Of a stretch of DNA of 64,000 nucleotides, positions 21,509 to 31,195 are shown piece after piece. This stretch comes from Methanotrichaceae archaeon (GTDB taxonomy: Archaea; Halobacteriota; Methanosarcinia; Methanotrichales; Methanotrichaceae): the NCBI GenBank assembly GCA_963813075.1, contig CAWEXU010000030.1, positions 256,001 through 320,000 of the forward strand, in the 5' to 3' direction. Both the position numbers and the translations under genes were made by a program. Every line of letters starts with the position of its first letter. Within the stretch, counting starts at the first letter, position 1. The notes under the pieces are model-generated. The model made no database searches. It was given only the letters and a program-made list of their open reading frames with translations, and was not told the origin of the DNA.

Positions 21509-22726
21509 CTAAAGAATCTCCTTTCTCAGATCCAGGAACTCGAACTCGCACTCGATTCCTTTCTCTGCTGCAAGGGCCTTTTCTGCAATCTTCTTTATGT
21601 CCTTGATCGTTATATCGCGGCCACCCAGACCGGCGGCAAAGCCGATAATAGGCGTCCTGATGTTGGTGTTGTAGAACGCTGCTTTGAGATCCGTCAGCAG
21701 ACCGGCCTCGTTTCCTATGGAGACGTCCTTCTCCACCACTGCTATCACCTTGGCACCAGAAAGGGCCTTGCGCAGAGCTGCAACCGGGAAAGGCCGGTAG
21801 CATCTGACCTTGATCAGGCCCACTTTGACCCCATCTGCCCTCAATTCATCGATGGCATCCTTGATGGTGCCGATGACTGAGCCCATGGTGACTAAAACCA
21901 CATCCGCATCCTCGGCGTAATAGCTGTCGATTAGCCCACCGTAATACCGGCCAAAGGACTTCTCGAAATCCCTGGCCACCTGATCTATCTTCTCCAACGC
22001 CTTTTGATGGGCCGCGAACTGCTGATAGCGGAACTCTGTATAAGTGGTGGGATCGGCAAAGGCTCCAAAGGTCACGGGATTGTTAGGATCCAGGATGCTT
22101 GCCGGCTTGAAATCGGGCAGAAATTCCCGTGCCTTCTCTTTGTCCAGGAGCTCCACCGGCTCGTAGACGTGGGTTAAGATGAACCCGTCCATGCAGACCA
22201 TGATTGGAGTTCTGATCTCCGGGTCTTCAGCGATCTTATAGGCCTGCAGGGTGGCGTCGACTGCTTCCTGCACATTCTCCACGTAGATCTGCAGCCATCC
22301 CACATCCCTTGCCCCCACGGAGTCCTGCTGGTCGTTCCAGATGTTCAGGGGAGCGCCCAGGGCGCGGTTGGCCACGGTCATGACAATGGGGAGCCTCATA
22401 CCGGATACGTTGTAGAGGACCTCGTACATCAGGGCCAGGCCCTGGCTGGTGGTAGAGGAATAGCCTCTTCCGCCGCAGGCGGTGGAGCCAACCAGAACGG
22501 AGAGCGCCGAGAACTCGGAGTCAACCGTCAAAAACTCGCTGTCCAGTTCGCCATCTGCCACCAGCTGGGAGAGATTCTCCACAATGTGGGTCTGAGGGGT
22601 TATGGGATAGGCGGAGATCACATCCGGCCGGCAGCACATAACCGCATGGGCAACGGCATAAGAGCCCTCGACCACTTTCATATTGGCAGTATTCTGGGGC
22701 ATACTGCTATCGCTTCCTTTGCTCAT
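21509..22726 (-). CDS. porA: Pyruvate:ferredoxin oxidoreductase alpha subunit
   Basis: YPITPQT, SEFSA, TSQGL, NRAL..P, GLGGRD; start reassigned to 22726. Confidence 0.95.
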   Translation of the reverse strand: MSKGSDSSMPQNTANMKVVEGSYAVAHAVMCCRPDVISAYPITPQTHIVENLSQLVADGELDSEFLTVDSEFSALSVLVGSTACGGRGYSSTTSQGLALMYEVLYNVSGMRLPIVMTVANRALGAPLNIWNDQQDSVGARDVGWLQIYVENVQEAVDATLQAYKIAEDPEIRTPIMVCMDGFILTHVYEPVELLDKEKAREFLPDFKPASILDPNNPVTFGAFADPTTYTEFRYQQFAAHQKALEKIDQVARDFEKSFGRYYGGLIDSYYAEDADVVLVTMGSVIGTIKDAIDELRADGVKVGLIKVRCYRPFPVAALRKALSGAKVIAVVEKDVSIGNEAGLLTDLKAAFYNTNIRTPIIGFAAGLGGRDITIKDIKKIAEKALAAEKGIECEFEFLDLRKEIL

Positions 22727-22986
22727 CACTTCTCCTCCAAGACCATGGTAATCGCCATGCGTGGACATTCATTGGAGCACACGCTACAGCCTTTGCAGTA
22801 ATCCAGGTCGGGGACAAACTGCCCATCCACCTGGTGGATGCAGCCCTCCGGGCAGTAGATCGCACAGAGGCTGCATTTTATACATGCCTTATGATCGACA
22901 ACGGGCACAAAAGTCCGCCAGGCACCGGTCTTGGTGATGCGGGTGCTACACGGATCTACCAGTTTTCCAGCCTTCACTTCCATCAA
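22726..22986 (-). CDS. porD: Pyruvate:ferredoxin oxidoreductase delta subunit
   Basis: TGAWRT..P, two CxxCxxCxxxCP motifs. Confidence 0.95.
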   Translation of the reverse strand: MMEVKAGKLVDPCSTRITKTGAWRTFVPVVDHKACIKCSLCAIYCPEGCIHQVDGQFVPDLDYCKGCSVCSNECPRMAITMVLEEK

Positions 22987-23519
22987 GAGACCCTCTCATA
23001 GGCTGTTTTAATGGCCTGCAGGTTCTTTTTCCCTAACTCTCCTCGAAAACGCTCGGATATGGCCTTGTTCAGGCTCTCCAGCCCTATCTCTTTGCTGGCA
23101 CCGCAGAATGCGCCGAGCATTGTGGTGTTCACAATAGGCCTTCCTAAGACCTCCATGGCGATCTTGGTGGCATCAATGGTGATCACTTCAGCCTTCGTAT
23201 TAAGCTTGAGCTGCTCACGTGGACGGTCGGTGTTGATAATTATCTTGCCGTCTGCTTTCAATCCGCCGGCCACATCGACCACGTCCAGAAGGGTCACGTC
23301 CTGGACAATGACATAATCTGGCTCATAGATCTGGCTTCTAACTCTGATCGGCGCATCGGCTATTCTGGCAAAGGCCATAACCGGCGCGCCCCTCCGTTCT
23401 ACTCCAAAAGCCGGAAAAGCCTGAGAGAACCTTTTGTCCTCAAAGGCGGCAACGGCTATTATCTCGGCCGCCGTGACCGATCCCTGACCTCCGCGGCCGT
23501 GTAAGCGTATCTCTTTCAA
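22983..23519 (-). CDS. porC: Pyruvate:ferredoxin oxidoreductase gamma subunit
   Basis: [26 protein letters not shown]. Confidence 0.95.
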   Translation of the reverse strand: MKEIRLHGRGGQGSVTAAEIIAVAAFEDKRFSQAFPAFGVERRGAPVMAFARIADAPIRVRSQIYEPDYVIVQDVTLLDVVDVAGGLKADGKIIINTDRPREQLKLNTKAEVITIDATKIAMEVLGRPIVNTTMLGAFCGASKEIGLESLNKAISERFRGELGKKNLQAIKTAYERVS

Positions 23520-23752
23520 GGGCTGACCTCCTATATCTTGCGCGCTGATCTCCTCAACTGCTGCGAAAAAGGTACGAGCAAATATATCTCTTTCGGAGCC
23601 AGGGCAGTGGAGGGAAATTAATCTGCCATGAATCGATCCGGGAAGGGAATGAGAAAAGAAGGAGGATAAGAAGGTCCTTAAGATGGCAGCAGCTCTCGCT
23701 TGAGAGGTATGCCTAAAGAGGCAATAAAATCAGGAGCTTGGGCTGGGGAGGT

Positions 23753-24091
23753 CTAAACCGCCTCGCAGCCCCGCTCCTTTGTCCTGACCCGCACCACGTC
23801 CTCCACCGGATAGATGAAGATCTTGCCGTCACCGGCCTCGCCCGTCTGGGCCACTTCGCATATAATATCGACGACGCCATCAGCATCCTTATCCTCTACC
23901 ACCATCTCCAGCTTGATCTTCTGCAGAAATTCTACCTTGTAGTCTCCTGCCCGCCACTGCAACCTGACCCCTTTCTGCTTTCCCCGGCCTTTGACCTCGG
24001 TCACCGTCATTCCCGAAAAGCCCTTCTGGTCCAGCTTATCGCGCAGCAGGTAGAGCTTCTCAGGACGGACTATGGCTTCAATTTTCTTCAT
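23753..24091 (-). CDS. glnK: PII nitrogen regulatory protein
   Basis: MKKIEAIVRP, G.G.QKG, TGE.GDGKIF, RVRT.ERG. Confidence 0.95.
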   Translation of the reverse strand: MKKIEAIVRPEKLYLLRDKLDQKGFSGMTVTEVKGRGKQKGVRLQWRAGDYKVEFLQKIKLEMVVEDKDADGVVDIICEVAQTGEAGDGKIFIYPVEDVVRVRTKERGCEAV

Positions 24092-24126
24092 TATGACTCC
24101 CTCAATTGAAATCCTCAGCTGAATCC

Positions 24127-25389
24127 TCACATATAGGCTCCTTCACCATGCTGGCTGAGGTCCAGGCCCACAGATTCTTCCTCGTCCCTGACCCGCAGAC
24201 CCATAAGAGCATCAATTATCCTGGCCAGGGCGACGGTGACCAGGAAGGAGTAGAGCCAGACTGCTCCAATGGCCGCGATCTGCACCATCAGCTGATGGGA
24301 GTTGCCCGCCAACAGGCCAGTGGCGCCGATGCTGGCAAAGATGCCGGTGGCCAGGACTCCCCAGGTGCTGCCGATGCCGTGGCAGGCGAGGACGTCCAGT
24401 GAGTCGTCGACCTTCCTGCTGCCCCGAATCAGTATTATGGCGTAGTAGCCGGCGATGGCGGCCACCACACCTATCGGCACCGCCGCCAGGGGGGTCACGA
24501 ATCCCGCTGCCGGGGTGATGGCCGCGAGACCTGCCACCGCACCGGTCACGATTCCCAGGGCAGATGGAGCTCTATCCCGCCAGGAGAGGAGCATCCAGGT
24601 GGTTGCCGCTGCTGCGGCTGAGGTATTGGTGGCGACGAAGGCATTGGCGGCTATGCCGTTTGCCGCCAGAGCGGAGCCGGCGTTGAAGCCAAACCAGCCA
24701 AACCAGAGGAGAGCAGCGCCCATAACCGTGGTAGGGATATTATGTGGCTCCATGGGGTCGGTGCCAAATCCCTTGCGTGCTCCGATGACCAGGGCAATGG
24801 CCAGGGCAGATACGCCGGCAGTGATATGGACCACGATCCCCCCGGCAAAGTCCAGTGCGCCCATCTGGGCCAGCCAGCCCCCTCCCCAGACCCAGTGGGC
24901 GACGGGATCGTAGACCAATGTGGCCCAGGCTAAGGAGAAGACCAGAAATGAGCTGAACTTGATCCGCTCCACATAGCTGCCGGTGATCAGGGATACAGTG
25001 ATGATGGCGAACATGGCCTGGAAGATCATAAAGGTGAGCGAGGGGATGGTCAGACCCTCCTTCAGGCCCATGCCCACACCATTCAAGCCCAGGAAATCCA
25101 GGCCGCCTATGAGGCCAGAGACGTCCGTCCCGAAGGCCAGGGTATAGCCGTATAAGATCCACTGCAGGCTTATGATGCTCATGACGGCAAAGCTGAATAT
25201 GATCGTGGAGATGGCATTCTTCTTGCGGACCATCCCTCCATAGAATAGCCCAACCCCAGGGATCATGAGCAGGACTAAAGCAGCGCTGATCAGGACCCAG
25301 GCGTTATCCGCAGCATTAATCGTTCCCTCATCCGCGGCTGCCATGCCCATCAGCAGAGACAGCGAAAGCAATAACCAGAAGGTGCGCAT
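24127..25389 (-). CDS. amtB: Ammonium transporter
   Basis: [51 protein letters not shown]. Confidence 0.97.
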   Translation of the reverse strand: MRTFWLLLSLSLLMGMAAADEGTINAADNAWVLISAALVLLMIPGVGLFYGGMVRKKNAISTIIFSFAVMSIISLQWILYGYTLAFGTDVSGLIGGLDFLGLNGVGMGLKEGLTIPSLTFMIFQAMFAIITVSLITGSYVERIKFSSFLVFSLAWATLVYDPVAHWVWGGGWLAQMGALDFAGGIVVHITAGVSALAIALVIGARKGFGTDPMEPHNIPTTVMGAALLWFGWFGFNAGSALAANGIAANAFVATNTSAAAAATTWMLLSWRDRAPSALGIVTGAVAGLAAITPAAGFVTPLAAVPIGVVAAIAGYYAIILIRGSRKVDDSLDVLACHGIGSTWGVLATGIFASIGATGLLAGNSHQLMVQIAAIGAVWLYSFLVTVALARIIDALMGLRVRDEEESVGLDLSQHGEGAYM

Positions 25390-25391
25390 TG

Positions 25392-25430
25392 TAACCACCA
25401 GATAGTCAAGGACAGTGGTTATTTTATAAG
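25392..25430 (-). promoter_or_regulatory. amtB-glnK promoter: TATA plus TAACCAC-N16-GTGGTTA inverted repeat
   Basis: Minus-strand CTTATAAAA at ~25422-25430 directly followed by a perfect 7-bp inverted repeat (25392-25398 / 25415-25421). Confidence 0.5.
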
Positions 25431-25530
25431 CATATTTGGGAAAATTTATGCGAAATTCACAATGAATAAGGGATTCTCTTAAAAGCCGATGCAATATATA
25501 GAGATACGTTTATGCTCTGCTCTCCAGGAG

Positions 25531-26076
25531 TCAGTTTTGCTCTCTTGATCGTCTTTCTGAGGATACCGCGCCGGGATGAAGACCAGCCGCCGCAGTACTA
25601 TTCAGGCTTTCTATCTTTCCCTTCAGAGCAAAAAGCTCCTCATAGATCTCCTCCAGTGCTTTATTCTGGGCGGCAAAATTGTCCAGGACTGCTTTATGCT
25701 CTTCCTCTGACAGAAGGTTCATAAGATAATCGTTATGAGCCTTGAGCCGGTCCTGGCGGTTCTGGCTCATCAGGATTAAAGATGCGGTGTAGGCAGACTG
25801 CAATGAGAAGATCAGATTCATGAATATAAATGGATAAGGGTCCCAGGCCTGGATGTAGGCGGTGACATTGAGGAGCACCCAGGCAGCCACCAGAATCGAC
25901 TGGGCCAGTAAAAATTTCCAGGAGCCTAAATTCTTGTACACCCAATCGGCAAGACCTTCTCCCCGACCGGACGGACCGGGATCAATATCCTTCAGCTCGC
26001 GGATAGGGGGATGATTGTGCAAATACGGATCCGGAAATGCCAACTTCCTCAAATTGAGAGCCTCCAAAGAGTCCAT
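25531..26076 (-). CDS. DUF1003 membrane protein
   Basis: LAD.V...GSWKF...WV.LN...WDPYPFI.MNL.FSLQSA...ILMSQNRQ; start uncertain. Confidence 0.85.
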   Translation of the reverse strand: MDSLEALNLRKLAFPDPYLHNHPPIRELKDIDPGPSGRGEGLADWVYKNLGSWKFLLAQSILVAAWVLLNVTAYIQAWDPYPFIFMNLIFSLQSAYTASLILMSQNRQDRLKAHNDYLMNLLSEEEHKAVLDNFAAQNKALEEIYEELFALKGKIESLNSTAAAGLHPGAVSSERRSREQN

Positions 26077-26131
26077 ATACCAGTAAACAGCATTATAGGC
26101 ATCGATCATGAAGACTCCATGGGCCTTTAAA

Positions 26132-26761
26132 ATGAGAAGTTCGGGTGGGCACTTATTCGGATTGGCAATTCTATCTTTCCTTTTTATCCTCTCGCAGGGA
26201 GGGGTGACTGGTGCAGTTGCTCCTGCTAGCGTTGGGACGGATATCGCCAGGATCATAAGCGTAAACTATCTGGGTGCGGATCAGTGGGTTGAGATAGCCA
26301 ACCAGGGGACCGGTTTGATAGATCTTTCCGGCTGGTCGCTGGTAAACCGGGAAGATGAAAGCTACACGTTTCCGGCAAACTTCACCCTGAAGGCCGGCTC
26401 GACAGCAATGGTTCACTCCGGATTTGGCAGCAATACATCCTCGGATCTGTACAACAGCTCTCTTTTGTGGAGCGAAATAGCGGATACTGCCACCTTAAAG
26501 GATGCCGCTGGAAGGATCATTTCAGAGTACAATTATCCGGTACAGGTTTCAGCACCGGGGAGCGCGGCCCCGGCCAGGCCCTTCTCCCTTCCAAATGCAT
26601 TCGCCAACGGCGGGATGAATCCGCCCTTTCTGCCGGACTATAGACCACCTGCCGGCAAAGAGATGAGCAGCCTGAGTTCCACGCCGGTGAACCTGACCGG
26701 CCATCCCTTCATCTGCCACGGAGGTCCGCTCAACTGGGCGTGGACCAGCGGACTGGGTTAG
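26132..26761 (+). CDS. Secreted lamin-tail-domain protein
   Basis: Signal peptide; QWVEIAN.G...DLSGW.L...YTFP..FTL.AG..V.SG. Confidence 0.85.
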   Translation: MRSSGGHLFGLAILSFLFILSQGGVTGAVAPASVGTDIARIISVNYLGADQWVEIANQGTGLIDLSGWSLVNREDESYTFPANFTLKAGSTAMVHSGFGSNTSSDLYNSSLLWSEIADTATLKDAAGRIISEYNYPVQVSAPGSAAPARPFSLPNAFANGGMNPPFLPDYRPPAGKEMSSLSSTPVNLTGHPFICHGGPLNWAWTSGLG

Positions 26762-26819
26762 AGATAGCATATGAAATAGCGTTCGTTGTGACTCGAACGT
26801 CAGATGCAATCATATATTA

Positions 26820-27551
26820 CTACCAGACAAGCGGCAGCAGGCGGTATCGTCTCTTTTGGCAGTATTCCAGGTAGCCGGGCAGGTCACGCAATAGCATCCG
26901 CTCCTCGGCGATAATTCTCCAAACGATGATCGGAATATTCAGGGCGAAGATGGGGGCCGCCCACCAGGAGCCCAGGGCTATCGGCGTTGCCAGATACATG
27001 GCCAGCACCCCCAGGTACATGGGATGGCGGACAACTGCATAGGGGCCGGTGCTGATTACCTTCTGCCTCTCGGCCACCTGGATGGTGCGAGCGGCATAGC
27101 TGTTCTCCTTGAACACCCATAAAACCAGCATGAAGCCAAAAAATACAACCGCATCCGCAATGAGGGTCCAGTGGATGGGAACGGCATCCAATCCATGAAG
27201 CCGCAGGTCGACGGCCACGGCCACAAATCCCGCCATGACGACCAGAGCGCCGGCGCTCACAATCGCACGCTGCTCCTTTTCTTCCTCCCGGTAGATCATC
27301 CTCCTCTCCAACAGCTCTGGATCACGCTTCAGGAGATGGCGCACGGCAACAAGCATCGGCAGGACCAGGACTGTCCAGTAAAGCCACCCCTGCCAGTAAC
27401 GAAGGGTGCCGGCCAGGAGATAGAGGATGAGGGGAATGACAATGGCAGCCAGACCAAACCTCATCATCGCCTGTCTTTTCAGCCTCTCGTATCTCTGCCC
27501 GTCGAATTCAGTCACCTCCTGGACTGTGCCCAGCTCCGCCCAATGCCGCAT
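26820..27551 (-). CDS. Isoprenylcysteine carboxyl methyltransferase / PEMT-family membrane protein
   Basis: EN.Y..RTI.V...QKVISTGPY.VVRHPMY, EER.L...LPGY.EY..R.RL.P. Confidence 0.88.
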   Translation of the reverse strand: MRHWAELGTVQEVTEFDGQRYERLKRQAMMRFGLAAIVIPLILYLLAGTLRYWQGWLYWTVLVLPMLVAVRHLLKRDPELLERRMIYREEEKEQRAIVSAGALVVMAGFVAVAVDLRLHGLDAVPIHWTLIADAVVFFGFMLVLWVFKENSYAARTIQVAERQKVISTGPYAVVRHPMYLGVLAMYLATPIALGSWWAAPIFALNIPIIVWRIIAEERMLLRDLPGYLEYCQKRRYRLLPLVW

Positions 27552-27576
27552 ATCTATGGAAATTGGATCTTGCTAG

Positions 27577-28482
27577 TCAGCCTTGCTCATCCAGGACTTT
27601 GCCGATTGCCTCTGCCGCTCTCTGGCCCTGGTCGTCCAGGGCAATGAGATCGATCTTCCTCGCCTGGTCCACCCCGATCCCCAGGCTCGCCGCCCGGGCG
27701 ATCTGCTCCTGCTCGAAGATCCGGCCTCTCATCACCTCAGGAGTTGTGCCATAGAGCCGCAGCAATGCCACTCCCACCGCATCAATGGCCACTCGATCCC
27801 TGGACGCCAGGAGTAGCCCTGGTTTGATCGATGTGCCCTGGTCCGGGCCACCGCGGGAGAATCCCTCTGCCGCATCCATCAGGATCAGGTCGGTGGGGTA
27901 GAAGTGGTTGATCTCTGCGATCATGAGCCTCTGGTAGGGGGAGGAATGCAATTCACGCATATAGTCATAGGTGGTGCCTTTTATCCGGGAGGCTATCATC
28001 CCCACTGAATTCTTCAGGGACATAGTGAAGTGTCCGCCGAACCTGTGGGTCTTCAGGCAACAGGTTTGAACCACCCGGTCCGCCTCGGTGAAGGTCCGGG
28101 CTATCTTGAAGCCCTGCCGCCAGTGCAGGTCCTCTGCCTGGATATCCTGCCAGTCTTCTGGGCGGGCAAAGTCCAGGTTCAAAAGCTTGAAGCCCAGTTT
28201 TCTGGAGAGATCCAGAACCCCGCGATTCTCAAGGACGGCAGTGGTGTTGCCCATGCCGCTCCGCTCGGCCATGACAAGGGTGCGAGCGCTCTTTATCAGG
28301 TGCTGGGCAATAGAATTCAGGGTCATGGGGTGAGTTGTTGCCGGGAATGGATCGTCGCTATTGTAGTTGGCCTTCAAGGCCACAGTGCCATCTGTGTGCA
28401 ACTCAAACTCAGCCAGGAGCTTCTTGACTCCTGCAATTCTATCTGATGCATCTGCCAGGAAGACATGAGAATGATCGTTCAT
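27577..28482 (-). CDS. DUF362-domain protein
   Basis: LK.N.NS.D.FP.TTHP, LKTH.FGG.FT.SLKN, S.D.VA.DA. Confidence 0.85.
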   Translation of the reverse strand: MNDHSHVFLADASDRIAGVKKLLAEFELHTDGTVALKANYNSDDPFPATTHPMTLNSIAQHLIKSARTLVMAERSGMGNTTAVLENRGVLDLSRKLGFKLLNLDFARPEDWQDIQAEDLHWRQGFKIARTFTEADRVVQTCCLKTHRFGGHFTMSLKNSVGMIASRIKGTTYDYMRELHSSPYQRLMIAEINHFYPTDLILMDAAEGFSRGGPDQGTSIKPGLLLASRDRVAIDAVGVALLRLYGTTPEVMRGRIFEQEQIARAASLGIGVDQARKIDLIALDDQGQRAAEAIGKVLDEQG

Positions 28483-29732
28483 CTTCGTCGCATCGCAGAG
28501 ACCCCATCCTTTAGGGTGGGGAGGAGCGCGTGCTTGTCACCTCTCAATTTTTGAACCCAAAATATATACATTCTAACCACTTCCATATATAATGTGCTTA
28601 GGACGATAACATTCAAGCTTGAGGTGACTAACCAAGATCGCAAGGCTCTTCTCGATACGATGAGAGCTTACTGCGACGCATTCTCTATCTCTGCTAAATG
28701 GGGATATGAGAACCTGTCTTGGAACAGGGTAGATAATCACAATGCAACCTACAAGCTTGCTCGCCAAAGCGTTCCCAATCTCCCTTCTTCTCTGGTGCAA
28801 GGTGCCAGAGATTGTGCTTGTGAAGCACTCAAGGCAGTCAAATGCAAAACGCTTCCACAACGGAAATCGTTCTCGGCAATGAGATACAATCAGAGAGTAA
28901 TTACAGTCAACATTGTGCATGGCATAGCTACAATTGCCAGTACCAACGGAAGAATCAAGGCAACTTTCTATACACCATCGCATTATAGGGAATATCTCAG
29001 CTGGATTATCAAGTCCTCTACGATTTCTTATGACCGGAGACGCAAAGTGTTCTATCTGCACATATCCCTGGAGCACAGCGATCCTGCAAAGGTTGCCAAT
29101 CTCGAAGTTCTTGGAATAGATCGTGGGATAGTGAATATTGCAGTCTGCTCGGATAACAGGTTTTTCAACTCTAAGAAGATCAAAAACAGGCGCGCTCGTT
29201 ATGCTTATCTTTGCAAAGAGTTGCAGTCCAAAGGCACCCAATCGGCCAGGCAAAAGCTGAAGCTTTTGTCTGGTAGGGAAAGACGGTTTGTGACTGATGT
29301 CAACCACTGCATATCCAAGCAAATTGTGAACTCGGAATATACTGTATTTGCTTTTGAGGATTTGAGCAAGATCCGAGTTCAGAAGCGAAGGGGCAAAGAG
29401 TTCAACCGCAAGCTCAATAACTGGTCTTTCTACCAACTTGAGCAGTTTGTCGGTTATAAGGCGGAAGCTCTTGGAAAGCACGTTCTGCTTGTGGATGCAA
29501 GATACACTTCTCAGAAGTGCTCTAATTGCGGGCATACTTATAAAGGGAACCGCGAAGGTTCCGCTTTCCGTTGTCGTAAATGTGGCTTTGAACTTCATGC
29601 CGACCTCAACGCTTCTCGAAATATAGCTCAGGCAGGTATATCTTGCCTGAGTAGGCTGCATAGTCAACCAGCCAAATGTGACACAACATTATCGTAGTCA
29701 CAAGCCGCGTCCTTTAGGGCGCTGTAGTTGAC
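28483..29732 (+). mobile_element. IS200/IS605-family non-autonomous (IS1341-type) element, tnpB only
   Basis: Left subterminal hairpin CCCCATCC-TTTA-GGGTGGGG (28502-28521); right hairpin GCGTCC-TTTA-GGGCGC (29707-29722) ending GTAGTTGAC; no tnpA. Confidence 0.88.
28594..29697 (+). CDS. tnpB: RNA-guided endonuclease TnpB
   Basis: RuvC LGIDRG, FEDL, ADLNAS; Zn finger CSNCG..CRKCG; YTSQKC. Confidence 0.95.
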   Translation: MLRTITFKLEVTNQDRKALLDTMRAYCDAFSISAKWGYENLSWNRVDNHNATYKLARQSVPNLPSSLVQGARDCACEALKAVKCKTLPQRKSFSAMRYNQRVITVNIVHGIATIASTNGRIKATFYTPSHYREYLSWIIKSSTISYDRRRKVFYLHISLEHSDPAKVANLEVLGIDRGIVNIAVCSDNRFFNSKKIKNRRARYAYLCKELQSKGTQSARQKLKLLSGRERRFVTDVNHCISKQIVNSEYTVFAFEDLSKIRVQKRRGKEFNRKLNNWSFYQLEQFVGYKAEALGKHVLLVDARYTSQKCSNCGHTYKGNREGSAFRCRKCGFELHADLNASRNIAQAGISCLSRLHSQPAKCDTTLS

Positions 29733-29738
29733 AGTATA

Positions 29739-29781
29739 TCATTATATATTGATTGAAGCTCATTATATATTGATTGAAGCT
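29739..29781. repeat. Perfect 21-bp tandem duplication TCATTATATATTGATTGAAGC x2
   Basis: Read directly at 29739-29759 and 29760-29780. Confidence 0.95.
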
Positions 29782-29873
29782 GCCCGCTTAAATATGCAGC
29801 ACTATATCCAACTCTTGACCCGAGTCTCTGCTGGAATCCATAGGCAGCATCTTGCCGCATTTTGTAGTTGATA

Positions 29874-30032
29874 TCAATTGTATGGCTTAGACTTACTGGA
29901 CTGGCATGAAGGACATACTCTGATCACGCCGAATGCTTTGAAGATATGCCCGCAATCTGAGCACTTGTAGTCTCTGGCAAACATCCCCTCTGCCTCTCCG
30001 GCGTCTATTCCGCACCCGCAAATTGCGCACAT
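29874..30032 (-). CDS. Small Cys-rich zinc-ribbon protein (52 aa, below ORF-track cutoff)
   Basis: MCAICGCGIDAGEAEGMFARDYKCSDCGHIFKAFGVIRVCPSCQSSKSKPYN*; YKCxxCG...CPxC. Confidence 0.75.
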   Translation of the reverse strand: MCAICGCGIDAGEAEGMFARDYKCSDCGHIFKAFGVIRVCPSCQSSKSKPYN

Positions 30033-30064
30033 AATTAATCACTTCATTATGGCTCTTTTTCGCC

Positions 30065-30388
30065 TTAAAGATTTGCCAGCCAGAAGAGGGCCATTCCCAC
30101 GATGACAGTCCCCCCTAAGGATCTGGTCTTGAGGGCAAAGAGGAAGGTAGGGACGGCCACAATCGACTTGGGCTGGAGGATCTCCAGCTGGCGGGGGCTG
30201 CCGCTCACAAATAGGTCTGAGAAGACCAGGGCGCTCAAGATAGCCACCGGTATCAGATCCAGCCACTCGATGAACCATTCCGGCAGCTTCCGCTGGGTGA
30301 AGAGGAACAACGGAAACCAGCGGGGAATATAGGTTACCAGACCCATCCCCAATATCAAGAGGAGATACTGGTATTCAGCCTCAAGCAT
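30065..30388 (-). CDS. azlD: AzlD-family branched-chain amino acid exporter small subunit
   Basis: GMGLVTYIPR..P, IP.AILSALV, TRSL..TV..GM. Confidence 0.88.
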   Translation of the reverse strand: MLEAEYQYLLLILGMGLVTYIPRWFPLFLFTQRKLPEWFIEWLDLIPVAILSALVFSDLFVSGSPRQLEILQPKSIVAVPTFLFALKTRSLGGTVIVGMALFWLANL

Positions 30389-31082
30389 TCTGACCTCGCC
30401 TGCGTTTATCGTACCTTTTCAGAGCGAATCCAGCGCTCGCGCCCAATAGCGATGCGCTGATGACGAATAAGTCTCCAGGGAAAAGGACGGATAGGGCTAT
30501 GGCCAGGCAGCCGGTGATCAGAGCGGTTAATGCGTATATACGTCCCCGGAGCTGAAATACGATCAAGCAGAGGAACATGGCGCTCAGGGCGTAATCGATT
30601 CCAAAGCTCCCTCTGGCTATGAACTGCCCGAAGTACCCACCCAGGATAGTGCTGGTGATCCAGGCCAGATTGGCGGCGTGGTTGACTGTCAGCGCCTGGT
30701 ATGGATGCCAGTTGCCCTCCTTGAACCTGGCTATATTGACGGCAAAGCTCTCGTCGGTAACCCCATAAGCATATAGGGACAAAAACCTCCCGCTCAATCC
30801 CTGCAAATAGACGGCCAGAGCGGAGCTCATCAGGATGTGTCTGAGATTGACGGTAAATGCTGCCAGGACGATGGACAGAGGAGATGCTCCCCCGCCGAGC
30901 ATTGCCACGGCGATGAACTGCGAGCTTCCGGCAAACACCACCACCGACATGATGGCGATATCAAGGACGCTCAAACCACCCTTTTGAGCCAGGACCCCAA
31001 AGGCAAGCCCCAGAGGGATGTAACCGATGCATATGGGCCATGCCGCCTTTAAGCCACCCTTGATCAATGCCCTGAACGACAC
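30381..31082 (-). CDS. azlC: AzlC-family permease
   Basis: GYIPLGLAFG, VFAGSSQF, VNLRH.LM, TDESFA. Confidence 0.92.
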   Translation of the reverse strand: MSFRALIKGGLKAAWPICIGYIPLGLAFGVLAQKGGLSVLDIAIMSVVVFAGSSQFIAVAMLGGGASPLSIVLAAFTVNLRHILMSSALAVYLQGLSGRFLSLYAYGVTDESFAVNIARFKEGNWHPYQALTVNHAANLAWITSTILGGYFGQFIARGSFGIDYALSAMFLCLIVFQLRGRIYALTALITGCLAIALSVLFPGDLFVISASLLGASAGFALKRYDKRRRGQNA

Positions 31083-31131
31083 ATCTTATGCTCCCGGGCT
31101 TTCATACCGTTCATGTCTTCGTTAATAGAAT

Positions 31132-31162
31132 TAAAAGGCGCCCCCCCACAAGTATGGGGGGG
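31132..31162 (-). terminator. GC-rich hairpin plus T-tract downstream of giant repeat gene
   Basis: 8-bp stem CCCCCCCA/TGGGGGGG followed on minus strand by CGCCTTTT. Confidence 0.55.
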
Positions 31163-31195
31163 ACAAGGGCTTCAATATTTATCTCACCTCATTTT

